64,000 bases of DNA, taken from NCBI GenBank assembly GCA_964016885.1, contig OZ024744.1, forward strand, positions 64,976,001 to 65,040,000, in the 5' to 3' direction. Source of the stretch: Eledone cirrhosa. Its lineage: Eukaryota. Numbering within the stretch: the stretch's first letter is position 1; the number at the start of each line of letters is the position of its first letter. Both the position numbers and the translations under genes were made by a program. Below, piece after piece: positions 1 to 12,000 of this stretch. The notes under the pieces are model-generated. The model was given only the letters and a program-made list of their open reading frames with translations. It was not told where the DNA came from and did no database searches.

Positions 1-3000
1 GTTGTTGTGGTGGTGGTGGTGGTGGTAGTGTTATCGTTGTTGTTGTTGTGGTGGTGGTGGTGTTATTGTTGTTGATAGTTGTGATAGTGGTGTAGTTGAT
101 GTTGTTGTTGTGGTGGTGGTGGTAGTGTTATTGTTGTTGATAGTGGTGATAGTGGTGTAGTTGATGTTGTTGTGGTGGTGGTGGTGGTGGTGGTAGTGTT
201 ATTGTTGTTGATAGTGGTGATAGTGGAGTAGTTGATGTTGTTGTTGTGGTGGTGGTGGTGGTAGTGTTATTGTTGTTGTGGTGGTGGTGGTGGTGGTAGT
301 GTTATCGTTGTTGTTGTGGTGGTGGTGGTGGTGTTATTGTTGTTGATAGTTGTGATAGTGGTGTAGTTGATGTTGTTGTTGTGGTGGTGGTGGTAGTGTT
401 ATTGTTGTTGATAGTGGTGATAGTGGTGTAGTTGGTGTTGTTGTGGTGGTGGTGGTAGTGTTATTGTTGTTGATAGTGGTGATAGTGGTGTAGTTGATGT
501 TGTTGTTGTGATGATGCTGGTGGTGGTAGTGTTATTGTTGTTGTTGTGGTGGTGGTGGTGGTGTTATTGTTGTTGATAGTGGTGATAGTGGTGTAGTTGA
601 TGTTGTTGTTGTGGTGGTGGTGGTAGTATTATTGTTGTTGATAGTGGTGATAGTGGTGTAGTTGATGTTGTTGTTGTGGTGATGGTGGTGGTGGTAGTGT
701 TATTGTTGTTGTGGTGGTGGTGGTGGTAGTGTTATTGTTGTTGATAGTGGTGATAGTGGTGTAGTTGATGTTGTGGTGGTGGTGGTGGTGGTAGTGTTAT
801 TGTTGTTGATAGTGGTGATAGTTGTGTAGTTGATGTTGTTGTTGTTGTGGTGGTGGTGGTGGTAGTGTTATTTTTGTTGATAGTGGTGATAGTGGTGTAG
901 TTGATGTTGTTGTTGTTGTGGTGGTGGTAGTGTTATGGTTGTTGATAGTGGTGATAGTGGTGTAGTTGATGTTGTTGTTGTTGTGGTGGTGTTGGAAGGG
1001 TTATTGTTGTTGATAGTGGTGATAGTGGTGTAGTTGTTGTTGTTGTTGTTGTGGTGGTGGTCGTGGTGATAGTGTTATTTTTGTTGATAGTGGTGATAGT
1101 GGTGTAGTTGATGTTGTTGTTGTTGTGGTGGTGGTAGTGTTATTGTTGTTGATAGTGGTGATAGTGGTGTAGTTGATGTTGTTGTTGTTGTGGTGGTGGT
1201 GGTAGTGTTATTGTTGTTGATAGTGGTGATAGTGGTCTAGTTGATGTTGTTGTTGTGGTGGTGGTAGTAGTGCTATTGTTGTTGATAGTGGTGATAGTGG
1301 TGTAGTTGATGTTGTTGTTGTGGTGGTGGTGGTGGTAGTGTTATTGTTGTTGATAGTGGTGATAGTGGTGTAGTTGATGTTGTTGTTGTTGTGGTGGTGG
1401 TGGTAGTGTTATTGTTGTTGATAGTGGTGATAGTGGTGTAGTTGATGTTGTTGTTGTGGTGGTGGTGGTGGTAGTAGTGTTACTGTTGTTGATAGTGGTG
1501 ATAGTGGTGTAGTTGATGTTGTTGTTGTGGTGGCGGTTGTGGTGGTAGTGTTAATGTTGTTGATAGTGGTGTAGTTGGTGTTGTTGTTGTTGTGGTGGTG
1601 GTGGTAGTGTTATTGTTGTTGATAGTGGTGATAGTGGTGTAGTTGTTGTTGTGGTGGTGGTGGTGGTGGTGGTGTTATTGTTGTTGATAGTGGTGATAGT
1701 GGTGTAGTTGATGTTGTTGTTGTGGTGGTGGTGGTGGTAGTGTTATTGTTGTTGATAGTGGTGTAGTTGTAGTTGATGTTGTTGTGGTGGTGGTGGTGGT
1801 GGTGGTGGTGTTATTGTTGTTCATAGTGGTGATAGTGGTGTAGTTGTTGTTGTGGTGGTGGTGGTGGTAGTGTTATTGTTGTTGATAGTGGTGATAGTGG
1901 TGTAGTTGATGTTGTTGTGGTGGTGGTGGTGGTGGTAGTGTTATTGTTGTTGATAGTGGTGTAGTTGTAGTTGATGTTGTTGTGGTGGTGGTGGTGGTGG
2001 TGTTATTGTTGTTGATAGTGGTGATAGTGGTGTAGTTGTTGTTGTTGTGGTGGTGGTGGTGGTAATGTTTTTGTTGTTGATAGTGGTGATAGTGGTGTAG
2101 TTGATGTTGTTGTCGTGGTGGTGGTGGTGGTGGTGTTATTGTTGTTGATAGTGGTGATAGTGGTGTAGTTGATGTTGTTGTTGTGGTGGTGGTGGTGGTG
2201 GTAGTGTTATTGTTGTTGATAGTGGTGATAGTGGTGTAGTTGATGTTGTTGTTGTGGTGGTGGTGGTGGTGGTAGTGTTAATGTTGTTGATAGTGGTGTA
2301 GTTGGTGTTGTTGTTGTGGTGGTGGTGGTGGTAGAGTTATTGTTGTTGATAGTGGTGATAGTGGTGTAGTTGATGTTGTTGTGGTGGTGGTGGTAGTGTT
2401 ATGTTGTTGATAGTGGTGATAGTGGTGTAGCTGGTGTTGTTGTTGTGGTGGTGGTAGTGTTATTGTTGTTGATAGTGGTGGTAGTGGTGTAGTTGGTGTT
2501 GTTGTTGTGGTGGTGGTGGTGGTGGTAGTGTTATTGTTGTTGATAGTGGTGGTAGTGGTGTAGTTGGTGTTGTTGTTGTGGTGGTGGTGGTGGTGGTAGT
2601 GTTATTGTTGTTGATAGTGGTGATAGTGGTGTAGTTGATGTTGTTGTTGTTGTGGTGGTGGTGGTGGTAGTGTTATTGTTGTTGATAGTGGTGATAGTGG
2701 TGTAGTTGATGTTGTTGTTGTGGTGGTGGTGGTGTAGTTGATGTTGTTGTTGTGGTGATAGTGGTGTAGTTGTTGTTGTTGTTGTTGTGGAGGTGGTGGT
2801 GGTAGTGTTATTGTTGTTGATAGTGGTGATAGTGGTGTAGTTGATGTTGTTGTTGTGGTGGTGGTGGTGGTGGTAGTGTTATTGTTGTTGATAGTGGTGA
2901 TAGTGGTGTAGTTGATGTTGTTGTTGTGGTGGTGGTGGTGGTGTTATTGTTGTTGATAGTGGTGATAGTGGTGTAGTTGATGTTGTTGTTGTGGTGGTGG

Positions 3001-6000
3001 TGGTGGTGTTATGGTTGTTGATAGTGGTGATAGTGGTGTAGTTGGTGTTGTTGTTGTGGTGGTGTTGGTGGTGGTAGTGTTATTGTTGTTGATAGTGGTG
3101 ATAGTGGTGTAGTTGATGTTGTTGTTGTGGTGGTGGTAGTGGTGGTAGTGTTATTGTTGTTGATAGTGGTGATAGTGGTGTAGTTGTTGTTGTTGTTGTG
3201 GTGGTGGTGGTGGTGGTAGTGTTATTGTTGTTGATAGTGGTGATAGTGGTGTAGATGTTGTTGTTGTGGTGGTGGTGGTATTGTTGTTGATAGTGGTGAT
3301 AGTGGTGTAGTTGTTGTTGTTGTGGTGGAGGTGGTGGTAGTGTTATTGTTGTTGATAGTGATGATAGTGGTGTAGTTGATATAGTTGTTGTGGTGGTGGT
3401 GGTGGTAGTGTTATTGTTGTTGATAGTGTTGATAGTTGTGTAGTTGTTGTTGTTGTGGTGGTGGTGGTGGTAGTGTTATTGTTGTTGATAGTGGTGATAG
3501 TGGTGTAGTTGATGTTGTTGTTGTTGTGGTGGTGGTGGTGGTAGTGTTATTGTTGTTGATAGTGGTGATAGTGGTGTAGTTGATGTTGTTGTGGTGGTGG
3601 TGGTGGTAGTGTTATTGTTGTTGATAGTGGTGATAGTGGTGTAGTTGATGTTGTTGTGGTGGTGGTGGTAGTGTTATTGTTGTTGATTTGTGGTGATAGT
3701 GGTGTAGTTGTTGTTGTTGTCGTTGTGGTGGTGGTGGTGGTGTTATTGTTGTTGATAGTGGTGACAGTGGTGTAGTTGATGTCGTTGTGGTGGTGGTGGT
3801 GGTGTTGGTGGTAGTGTTATTGTTGTTGATAGTGGTGATAGTGGTGTACGTTGATGTTGTTGTTGTGGTGGTGGTGGTGGTAGTGTTATTGTTGTTGATA
3901 GTGGTGATAGTGGTGTAGTTGTTGTTGTTGTTGTGGTGGTGGTGGTAGTGTTATTGTTGTTGATAGTGGTGATAGTGGTGTAGTTGATGTTGTTGTTGTT
4001 GTGGTGGTGGTGGTAGTGTTATTGTTGTTGATTGTGGTGGTAGGGGTGTAGTTGGTGTTGTTGTTGTTGTTGTGGTGGTGGTGGTAGTGTTATTGTTGTT
4101 GATAGTGGTGATAGTGGTGTAGTTGTTGTTGTTGTGGTGGTGGTGGTGGTAGTGTTATTGTTGTTGATAGTGGTGATAGTGGTGTAGTTGATGTTGTTGT
4201 TGTGGTGGTGGTGGTGGTAGTGTTATTGTTGTTGATTGTGGTGATAGGGGTGTAGTTGGTGTTGTTGTTGTTGTGGTGGTGGTGGTAGTGTTATTGTTGT
4301 TGATTGTGGTGATAGGGGTGTAGTTGGTGTTGTTGTTGTTGTGGTGGTGGTGGTGGTAGTGTTATTGTTGTTGATAGTGGTGATAGTGGTGTAGTTGTTG
4401 TTGTTGTGGTGGTGGTGGTGGTGGTAGTGTTATTGTTGTTGATAGTGGTGATAGTGGTGTAGTTGATGTTGTTGTTGTGGTGGTGGTGGTAGTGTTATTG
4501 TTGTTGATAGAGGTGATAGGGGTGTAGTTGGTGTTGTTGTTGTTGTTGTGGTGGTGGTGGTAGTGTTATTGTTGTTGATAGTGGTGATAGTGGTGTAGTT
4601 GTTGTTGTTGTTGTGGTGGTGGTGGTGGTAGTGTTATTGTTGCTGATAGTGGTGATAGTGGTGTAGTTGTTGTTGTTGTTGTGGTGGTGGTGGTGGTGGT
4701 CGTGGTGGTGGTGTTATTGTTGTTGATAGTGGTGATAGTGGTGTAGTTGTTGTTGTTGTGGTGGTGGTGTTGGTAGTGTTATTGTTGTTGATAGTGGTGA
4801 TAGTGGTGTAGTTGGTGTTGTTGTTGTTGTGGTGGTGGTGGTGGTAGTGTTATTGTTGTTGATAGTGGTGATAGTGGTGTAGTTGTTGTTGTTGTGGTGG
4901 TGGTGGTAGTGTTAATGTTGTTGATAGTGGTGATAGTGGTGTAGTTGGTGTTGTTGTTGTGGTGGTGGAGGTGGTGGTAGTGTTATTGTTGTTGATAGTG
5001 GTGATAGTGGTGTAGTTGATGTTGTTGTTGTTGTGGTGGTAGTGGTAGTGTTATTGTTGTTGATAGTGTTGATAGTGGTGTAGTTGATGTTGTTTTTGTG
5101 GTGGTGGTGGTAGTGTTATTGTTGTTGATAGTGGTGATAGTGGTGTAGTTGATGTTGTTGTTGTGGTGGTGGTGGTGGTAGTGTTATTGTTGTTGATAGT
5201 GGTGATAGTGGTGTAGTTGTTGTTGTTGTGGTGGTGGTGGTGGTAGTGTTATTGTTGTTGATAGTGGTGATAGTGGTGTAGTTGATGTTGTTGTTGTGGT
5301 GGTAGTGTTATTGTTGTTGATAGTGGTGATAGTGGTGTAGTTGATGTTGTTGTTGTGGTGATGGTGGTGGTGGTAGTGTTATTGTTGTTGTTGTGGTGGT
5401 GGTGGTGGTGTTATTGTTGTTGATAGTGGTGATAGTGGTGTAGTTGATGTAGTTGTTGTGGTTGTGGTGTTGGTAGTGTTATTGTTGTTGTTGTGGTGGT
5501 GGTGGTAGTGTTATTGTTGTTGATAGTGGTGATAGTGGTGTAGATGATGTTGTTGTTGTGGTGGGGGTGGTGGTAGTGTTATTGTTGTTGATAGTGATGA
5601 TAGTGGTGTAGTTGATGTTGTTGTTGTGGTGGTGGTCGTGGTGGTAGTGTTATCGTTGTTGTTGTGGTGGTGGTGGTGGTGTTATTGTTGTTGATGGTTG
5701 TGATAGTGGTGTAGTTGATGTTGTTGTTGTGGTGGTGGTGGTGGTAGTGTTATTGTTGTTGATAGTGTTGATAGTGGTGTAGTTGATGTTGTTGTTGTTG
5801 TGGTGGTGGTGGTGGTGGTGGTGGTGGTGTTATTGTTGTTGATAGTGGTGATAGTGGTGTAGTTGTTGTTGTTGTGGTGGTGGTGGTGGTAGTGTTATTG
5901 TTGTTGATAGTGGTGATAGTGGTGTAGTTGATGTTGTTGTGGTGGTGGTGGTGGTGGTGGTAGTGTTATTGTTGTTGATAGTGGTGATAGTGGTGTAGTT

Positions 6001-9000
6001 GATGTTGTTGTTGTGGTGGTGGTGGTGGTGATAGTGTTAATGTTGTTGATAGTGGTGTAGTTGGTGTTGTTGTTGTGGTGGTGGTGGTGGTAGTGTTATT
6101 GTTGTTGATAGTGGTGATAGTGGTGTAGTTGATGTTGTTGTTGTTGTGGTGGTGGTGGTGGTAGTGTTATTGTTGTTGATAGTGGTGGTAGTGGTGTAGC
6201 TGGTGTTGTTGTTGTGGTGGTGGTGGTGGTAGTGTTATTGTTGTTGATAGTGGTGGTAGTGGTGTAGTTGGTGTTGTTGTTGTGGTGGTGGTGGTGGTGG
6301 TAGTGTTATTGTTGTTGATAGTGGTGGTAGTGGTGTAGTTGGTGTTGTTGTTGTGGTGGTGGTGGTGGTGGTAGTGTTATTGTTGTTGATAGTGGTGTAG
6401 ATGATGTTGTTGTTGTTGTGGTGGTGGTGGTAGTGTTATTGTTGTTGATAGTGGTGATAGTGGTGTAGTTGGTGCTGTTGTTGTGGTGGTGGTGGTGGTA
6501 GTGTTATTGTTGTTGATAGTGGTGATAGTGGTGTAGTTGGTGTTGTTGTTGTTGTTGTGGTGTTGGTAGTGTTATTGTTGTTGATAGTGGTGATAGTGGT
6601 GTAGTTGTTGTTGTTGTTGTTGTGGTGGTGGTAGTGTTATTGTTGTTGATAGTGGTGATAGTGGTGTAGTTGATGTTGTTGTTGTGGTGGTGGTGGTGGT
6701 GGTAGTGTTATTGTTGTTGATAGTGGTGATAGTGGTGTAGTTGATGTTGTTGTTGTGGTGGTGGTGGTGGTAGTGTTATTGTTGTTGTGGTGGTGGTGGT
6801 GGTGGTAGTGTTATCGTTGTTGTTGTTGTGGTGGTGGTGGTGTTATTGTTGTTGATAGTTGTGATAGTGGTGTAGTTGATGTTGTTGTTGTGGTGGTGGT
6901 GGTAGTGTTATTGTTGTTGATAGTGGTGATAGTGGTGTAGTTGATGTTGTTGTGGTGGTGGTGGTGGTGGTGGTAGTGTTATTGTTGTTGATAGTGGTGA
7001 TAGTGGAGTAGTTGATGTTGTTGTTGTGGTGGTGGTGGTGGTAGTGTTATTGTTGTTGTGGTGGTGGTGGTGGTGGTAGTGTTATCGTTGTTGTTGTGGT
7101 GGTGGTGGTGGTGTTATTGTTGTTGATAGTTGTGATAGTGGTGTAGTTGATGTTGTTGTTGTGGTGGTGGTGGTAGTGTTATTGTTGTTGATAGTGGTGA
7201 TAGTGGTGTAGTTGGTGTTGTTGTGGTGGTGGTGGTAGTGTTATTGTTGTTGATAGTGGTGATAGTGGTGTAGTTGATGTTGTTGTTGTGATGATGCTGG
7301 TGGTGGTAGTGTTATTGTTGTTGTTGTGGTGGTGGTGGTGGTGTTATTGTTGTTGATAGTGGTGATAGTGGTGTAGTTGATGTTGTTGTTGTGGTGGTGG
7401 TGGTAGTATTATTGTTGTTGATAGTGGTGATAGTGGTGTAGTTGATGTTGTTGTTGTGGTGATGGTGGTGGTGGTAGTGTTATTGTTGTTGTGGTGGTGG
7501 TGGTGGTAGTGTTATTGTTGTTGATAGTGGTGATAGTGGTGTAGTTGATGTTGTGGTGGTGGTGGTGGTGGTAGTGTTATTGTTGTTGATAGTGGTGATA
7601 GTTGTGTAGTTGATGTTGTTATTGTTGTGGTGGTGGTGGTGGTAGTGTTATTTTTGTTGATAGTGGTGATAGTGGTGTAGTTGATGTTGTTGTTGTTGTG
7701 GTGGTGGTAGTGTTATGGTTGTTGATAGTGGTGATAGTGGTGTAGTTGATGTTGTTGTTGTTGTGGTGGTGTTGGAAGGGTTATTGTTGTTGATAGTGGT
7801 GATAGTGGTGTAGTTGTTGTTGTTGTTGTTGTGGTGGTGGTCGTGGTGATAGTGTTATTTTTGTTGATAGTGGTGATAGTGGTGTAGTTGATGTTGTTGT
7901 TGTTGTGGTGGTGGTAGTGTTATTGTTGTTGATAGTGGTGATAGTGGTGTAGTTGATGTTGTTGTTGTTGTGGTGGTGGTGGTAGTGTTATTGTTGTTGA
8001 TAGTGGTGATAGTGGTCTAGTTGATGTTGTTGTTGTGGTGGTGGTAGTAGTGCTATTGTTGTTGATAGTGGTGATAGTGGTGTAGTTGATGTTGTTGTTG
8101 TGGTGGTGGTGGTGGTAGTGTTATTGTTGTTGATAGTGGTGATAGTGGTGTAGTTGATGTTGTTGTTGTTGTGGTGGTGGTGGTAGTGTTATTGTTGTTG
8201 ATAGTGGTGATAGTGGTGTAGTTGATGTTGTTGTTGTGGTGGTGGTGGTGGTAGTAGTGTTACTGTTGTTGATAGTGGTGATAGTGGTGTAGTTGATGTT
8301 GTTGTTGTGGTGGCGGTTGTGGTGGTAGTGTTAATGTTGTTGATAGTGGTGTAGTTGGTGTTGTTGTTGTTGTGGTGGTGGTGGTAGTGTTATTGTTGTT
8401 GATAGTGGTGATAGTGGTGTAGTTGTTGTTGTGGTGGTGGTGGTGGTGGTGGTGTTATTGTTGTTGATAGTGGTGATAGTGGTGTAGTTGATGTTGTTGT
8501 TGTGGTGGTGGTGGTGGTAGTGTTATTGTTGTTGATAGTGGTGTAGTTGTAGTTGATGTTGTTGTGGTGGTGGTGGTGGTGGTGGTGGTGTTATTGTTGT
8601 TCATAGTGGTGATAGTGGTGTAGTTGTTGTTGTGGTGGTGGTGGTGGTAGTGTTATTGTTGTTGATAGTGGTGATAGTGGTGTAGTTGATGTTGTTGTGG
8701 TGGTGGTGGTGGTGGTAGTGTTATTGTTGTTGATAGTGGTGTAGTTGTAGTTGATGTTGTTGTGGTGGTGGTGGTGGTGGTGTTATTGTTGTTGATAGTG
8801 GTGATAGTGGTGTAGTTGTTGTTGTTGTGGTGGTGGTGGTGGTAATGTTTTTGTTGTTGATAGTGGTGATAGTGGTGTAGTTGATGTTGTTGTCGTGGTG
8901 GTGGTGGTGGTGGTGTTATTGTTGTTGATAGTGGTGATAGTGGTGTAGTTGATGTTGTTGTTGTGGTGGTGGTGGTGGTGGTAGTGTTATTGTTGTTGAT

Positions 9001-12000
9001 AGTGGTGATAGTGGTGTAGTTGATGTTGTTGTTGTGGTGGTGGTGGTGGTGGTAGTGTTAATGTTGTTGATAGTGGTGTAGTTGGTGTTGTTGTTGTGGT
9101 GGTGGTGGTGGTAGAGTTATTGTTGTTGATAGTGGTGATAGTGGTGTAGTTGATGTTGTTGTGGTGGTGGTGGTAGTGTTATGTTGTTGATAGTGGTGAT
9201 AGTGGTGTAGCTGGTGTTGTTGTTGTGGTGGTGGTAGTGTTATTGTTGTTGATAGTGGTGGTAGTGGTGTAGTTGGTGTTGTTGTTGTGGTGGTGGTGGT
9301 GGTGGTAGTGTTATTGTTGTTGATAGTGGTGGTAGTGGTGTAGTTGGTGTTGTTGTTGTGGTGGTGGTGGTGGTGGTAGTGTTATTGTTGTTGATAGTGG
9401 TGATAGTGGTGTAGATGGTGTTGTTGTTGTTGTGGTGGTGGTGGTAGTGTTATTGTTGTTGATAGTGGTGATAGTGGTGTAGTTGTTGTTGTTGTTGTTG
9501 TGGTGGTGGTGGTGGTTGTGGTAGTGTTATTGTTGTTGATAGTGGTGATAGTGGTGTAGTTGATGTTGTTGTTGTTGTGGTGGTGGTGGTGGTAGTGTTA
9601 TTGTTGTTGATAGTGGTGATAGTGGTGTAGTTGATGTTGTTGTTGTGGTGGTGGTGGTGTAGTTGATGTTGTTGTTGTGGTGATAGTGGTGTAGTTGTTA
9701 TTGTTGTTGTTGTGGAGGTGGTGGTGGTAGTGTTATTGTTGTTGATAGTGGTGATAGTGGTGTAGTTGATGTTGTTGTTGTGGTGGTGGTGGTGGTAGTG
9801 TTATTGTTGTTGATAGTGGTGATAGTGGTGTAGTTGATGTTGTTGTTGTGGTGGTGGTGGTGGTGTTATTGTTGTTGATAGTGGTGATAGTGGTGTAGTT
9901 GATGTTGTTGTTGTGGTGGTGGTGTTATGGTTGTTGATAGTGGTGATAGTGGTGTAGTTGGTGTTGTTGTTGTGGTGGTGTTGGTGGTGGTAGTGTTATT
10001 GTTGTTGATAGTGGTGATAGTGGTGTAGTTGATGTTGTTGTTGTGGTGGTGGTAGTGGTGGTAGTGTTATTGTTGTTGATAGTGGTGATAGTGGTGTAGT
10101 TGTTGTTGTTGTTGTGGTGGTGGTGGTGGTGGTAGTGTTATTGTTGTTGATAGTGGTGATAGTGGTGTAGATGTTGTTGTTGTGGTGGTGGTGGTATTGT
10201 TGTTGATAGTGGTGATAGTGGTGTAGTTGTTGTTGTTGTGGTGGAGGTGGTGGTAGTGTTATTGTTGTTGATAGTGATGATAGTGGTGTAGTTGATATAG
10301 TTGTTGTGGTGGTGGTGGTGGTAGTGTTATTGTTGTTGATAGTGTTGATAGTTGTGTAGTTGTTGTTGTTGTGGTGGTGGTGGTGGTAGTGTTATTGTTG
10401 TTGATAGTGGTGATAGTGGTGTAGTTGATGTTGTTGTTGTTGTGGTGGTGGTGGTGGTAGTGTTATTGTTGTTGATAGTGGTGATAGTGGTGTAGTTGAT
10501 GTTGTTGTGGTGGTGGTGGTGGTAGTGTTATTGTTGTTGATAGTGGTGATAGTGGTGTAGTTGATGTTGTTGTGGTGGTGGTGGTAGTGTTATTGTTGTT
10601 GATTTGTGGTGATAGTGGTGTAGTTGTTGTTGTTGTCGTTGTGGTGGTGGTGGTGGTGTTATTGTTGTTGATAGTGGTGACAGTGGTGTAGTTGATGTCG
10701 TTGTGGTGGTGGTGGTGGTGTTGGTGGTAGTGTTATTGTTGTTGATAGTGGTGATAGTGGTGTACGTTGATGTTGTTGTTGTGGTGGTGGTGGTGGTAGT
10801 GTTATTGTTGTTGATAGTGGTGATAGTGGTGTAGTTGTTGTTGTTGTTGTGGTGGTGGTGGTAGTGTTATTGTTGTTGATAGTGGTGATAGTGGTGTAGT
10901 TGTTGTTGTTGTGGTGGTGGTGGTGGTAGTGTTATTGTTGTTGATAGTGGTGATAGTGGTGTAGTTGATGTCGTTGTTGTGGTGGTGGTGGTGGTAGTGT
11001 TATTGTTGTTGATTGTGGTGATAGGGGTGTAGTTGGTGTTGTTGTTGTTGTGGTGGTGGTGGTAGTGTTATTGTTGTTGATTGTGGTGATAGGGGTGTAG
11101 TTGGTGTTGTTGTTGTTGTGGTGGTGGTGGTGGTAGTGTTATTGTTGTTGATAGTGGTGATAGTGGTGTAGTTGTTGTTGTTGTGGTGGTGGTGGTGGTG
11201 GTAGTGTTATTGTTGTTGATAGTGGTGATAGTGGTGTAGTTGATGTTGTTGTTGTGGTGGTGGTGGTAGTGTTATTGTTGTTGATAGAGGTGATAGGGGT
11301 GTAGTTGGTGTTGTTGTTGTTGTTGTGGTGGTGGTGGTGGTAGTGTTATTGTTGTTGATAGTGGTGATAGTGGTGTAGTTGTTGTTGTTGTTGTGGTGGT
11401 GGTGGTGGTAGTGTTATTGTTGCTGATAGTGGTGATAGTGGTGTAGTTGTTGTTGTTGTTGTGGTGGTGGTGGTGGTGGTCGTGGTGGTGGTGTTATTGT
11501 TGTTGATAGTGGTGATAGTGGTGTAGTTGTTGTTGTTGTGGTGGTGGTGTTGGTAGTGTTATTGTTGTTGATAGTGGTGATAGTGGTGTAGTTGGTGTTG
11601 TTGTTGTTGTGGTGGTGGTGGTGGTAGTGTTATTGTTGTTGATAGTGGTGATAGTGGTGTAGTTGTTGTTGTTGTGGTGGTGGTGGTAGTGTTAATGTTG
11701 TTGATAGTGGTGATAGTGGTGTAGTTGGTGTTGTTGTTGTGGTGGTGGAGGTGGTGGTAGTGTTATTGTTGTTGATAGTGGTGATAGTGGTGTAGTTGAT
11801 GTTGTTGTTGTTGTGGTGGTAGTGGTAGTGTTATTGTTGTTGATAGTGATGATAGTGGTGTAGTTGATGTTGTTGTTGTTGTGGTGGTAGTGGTAGTGTT
11901 ATTGTTGTTGATAGTGGTGATAGTGGTGTAGTTGGTGTTGTTGTTGTGGTGGTGGTGGTGGTGTTATTGTTGTTGATAGTGGTGATAGTGGTGTAGTTGA

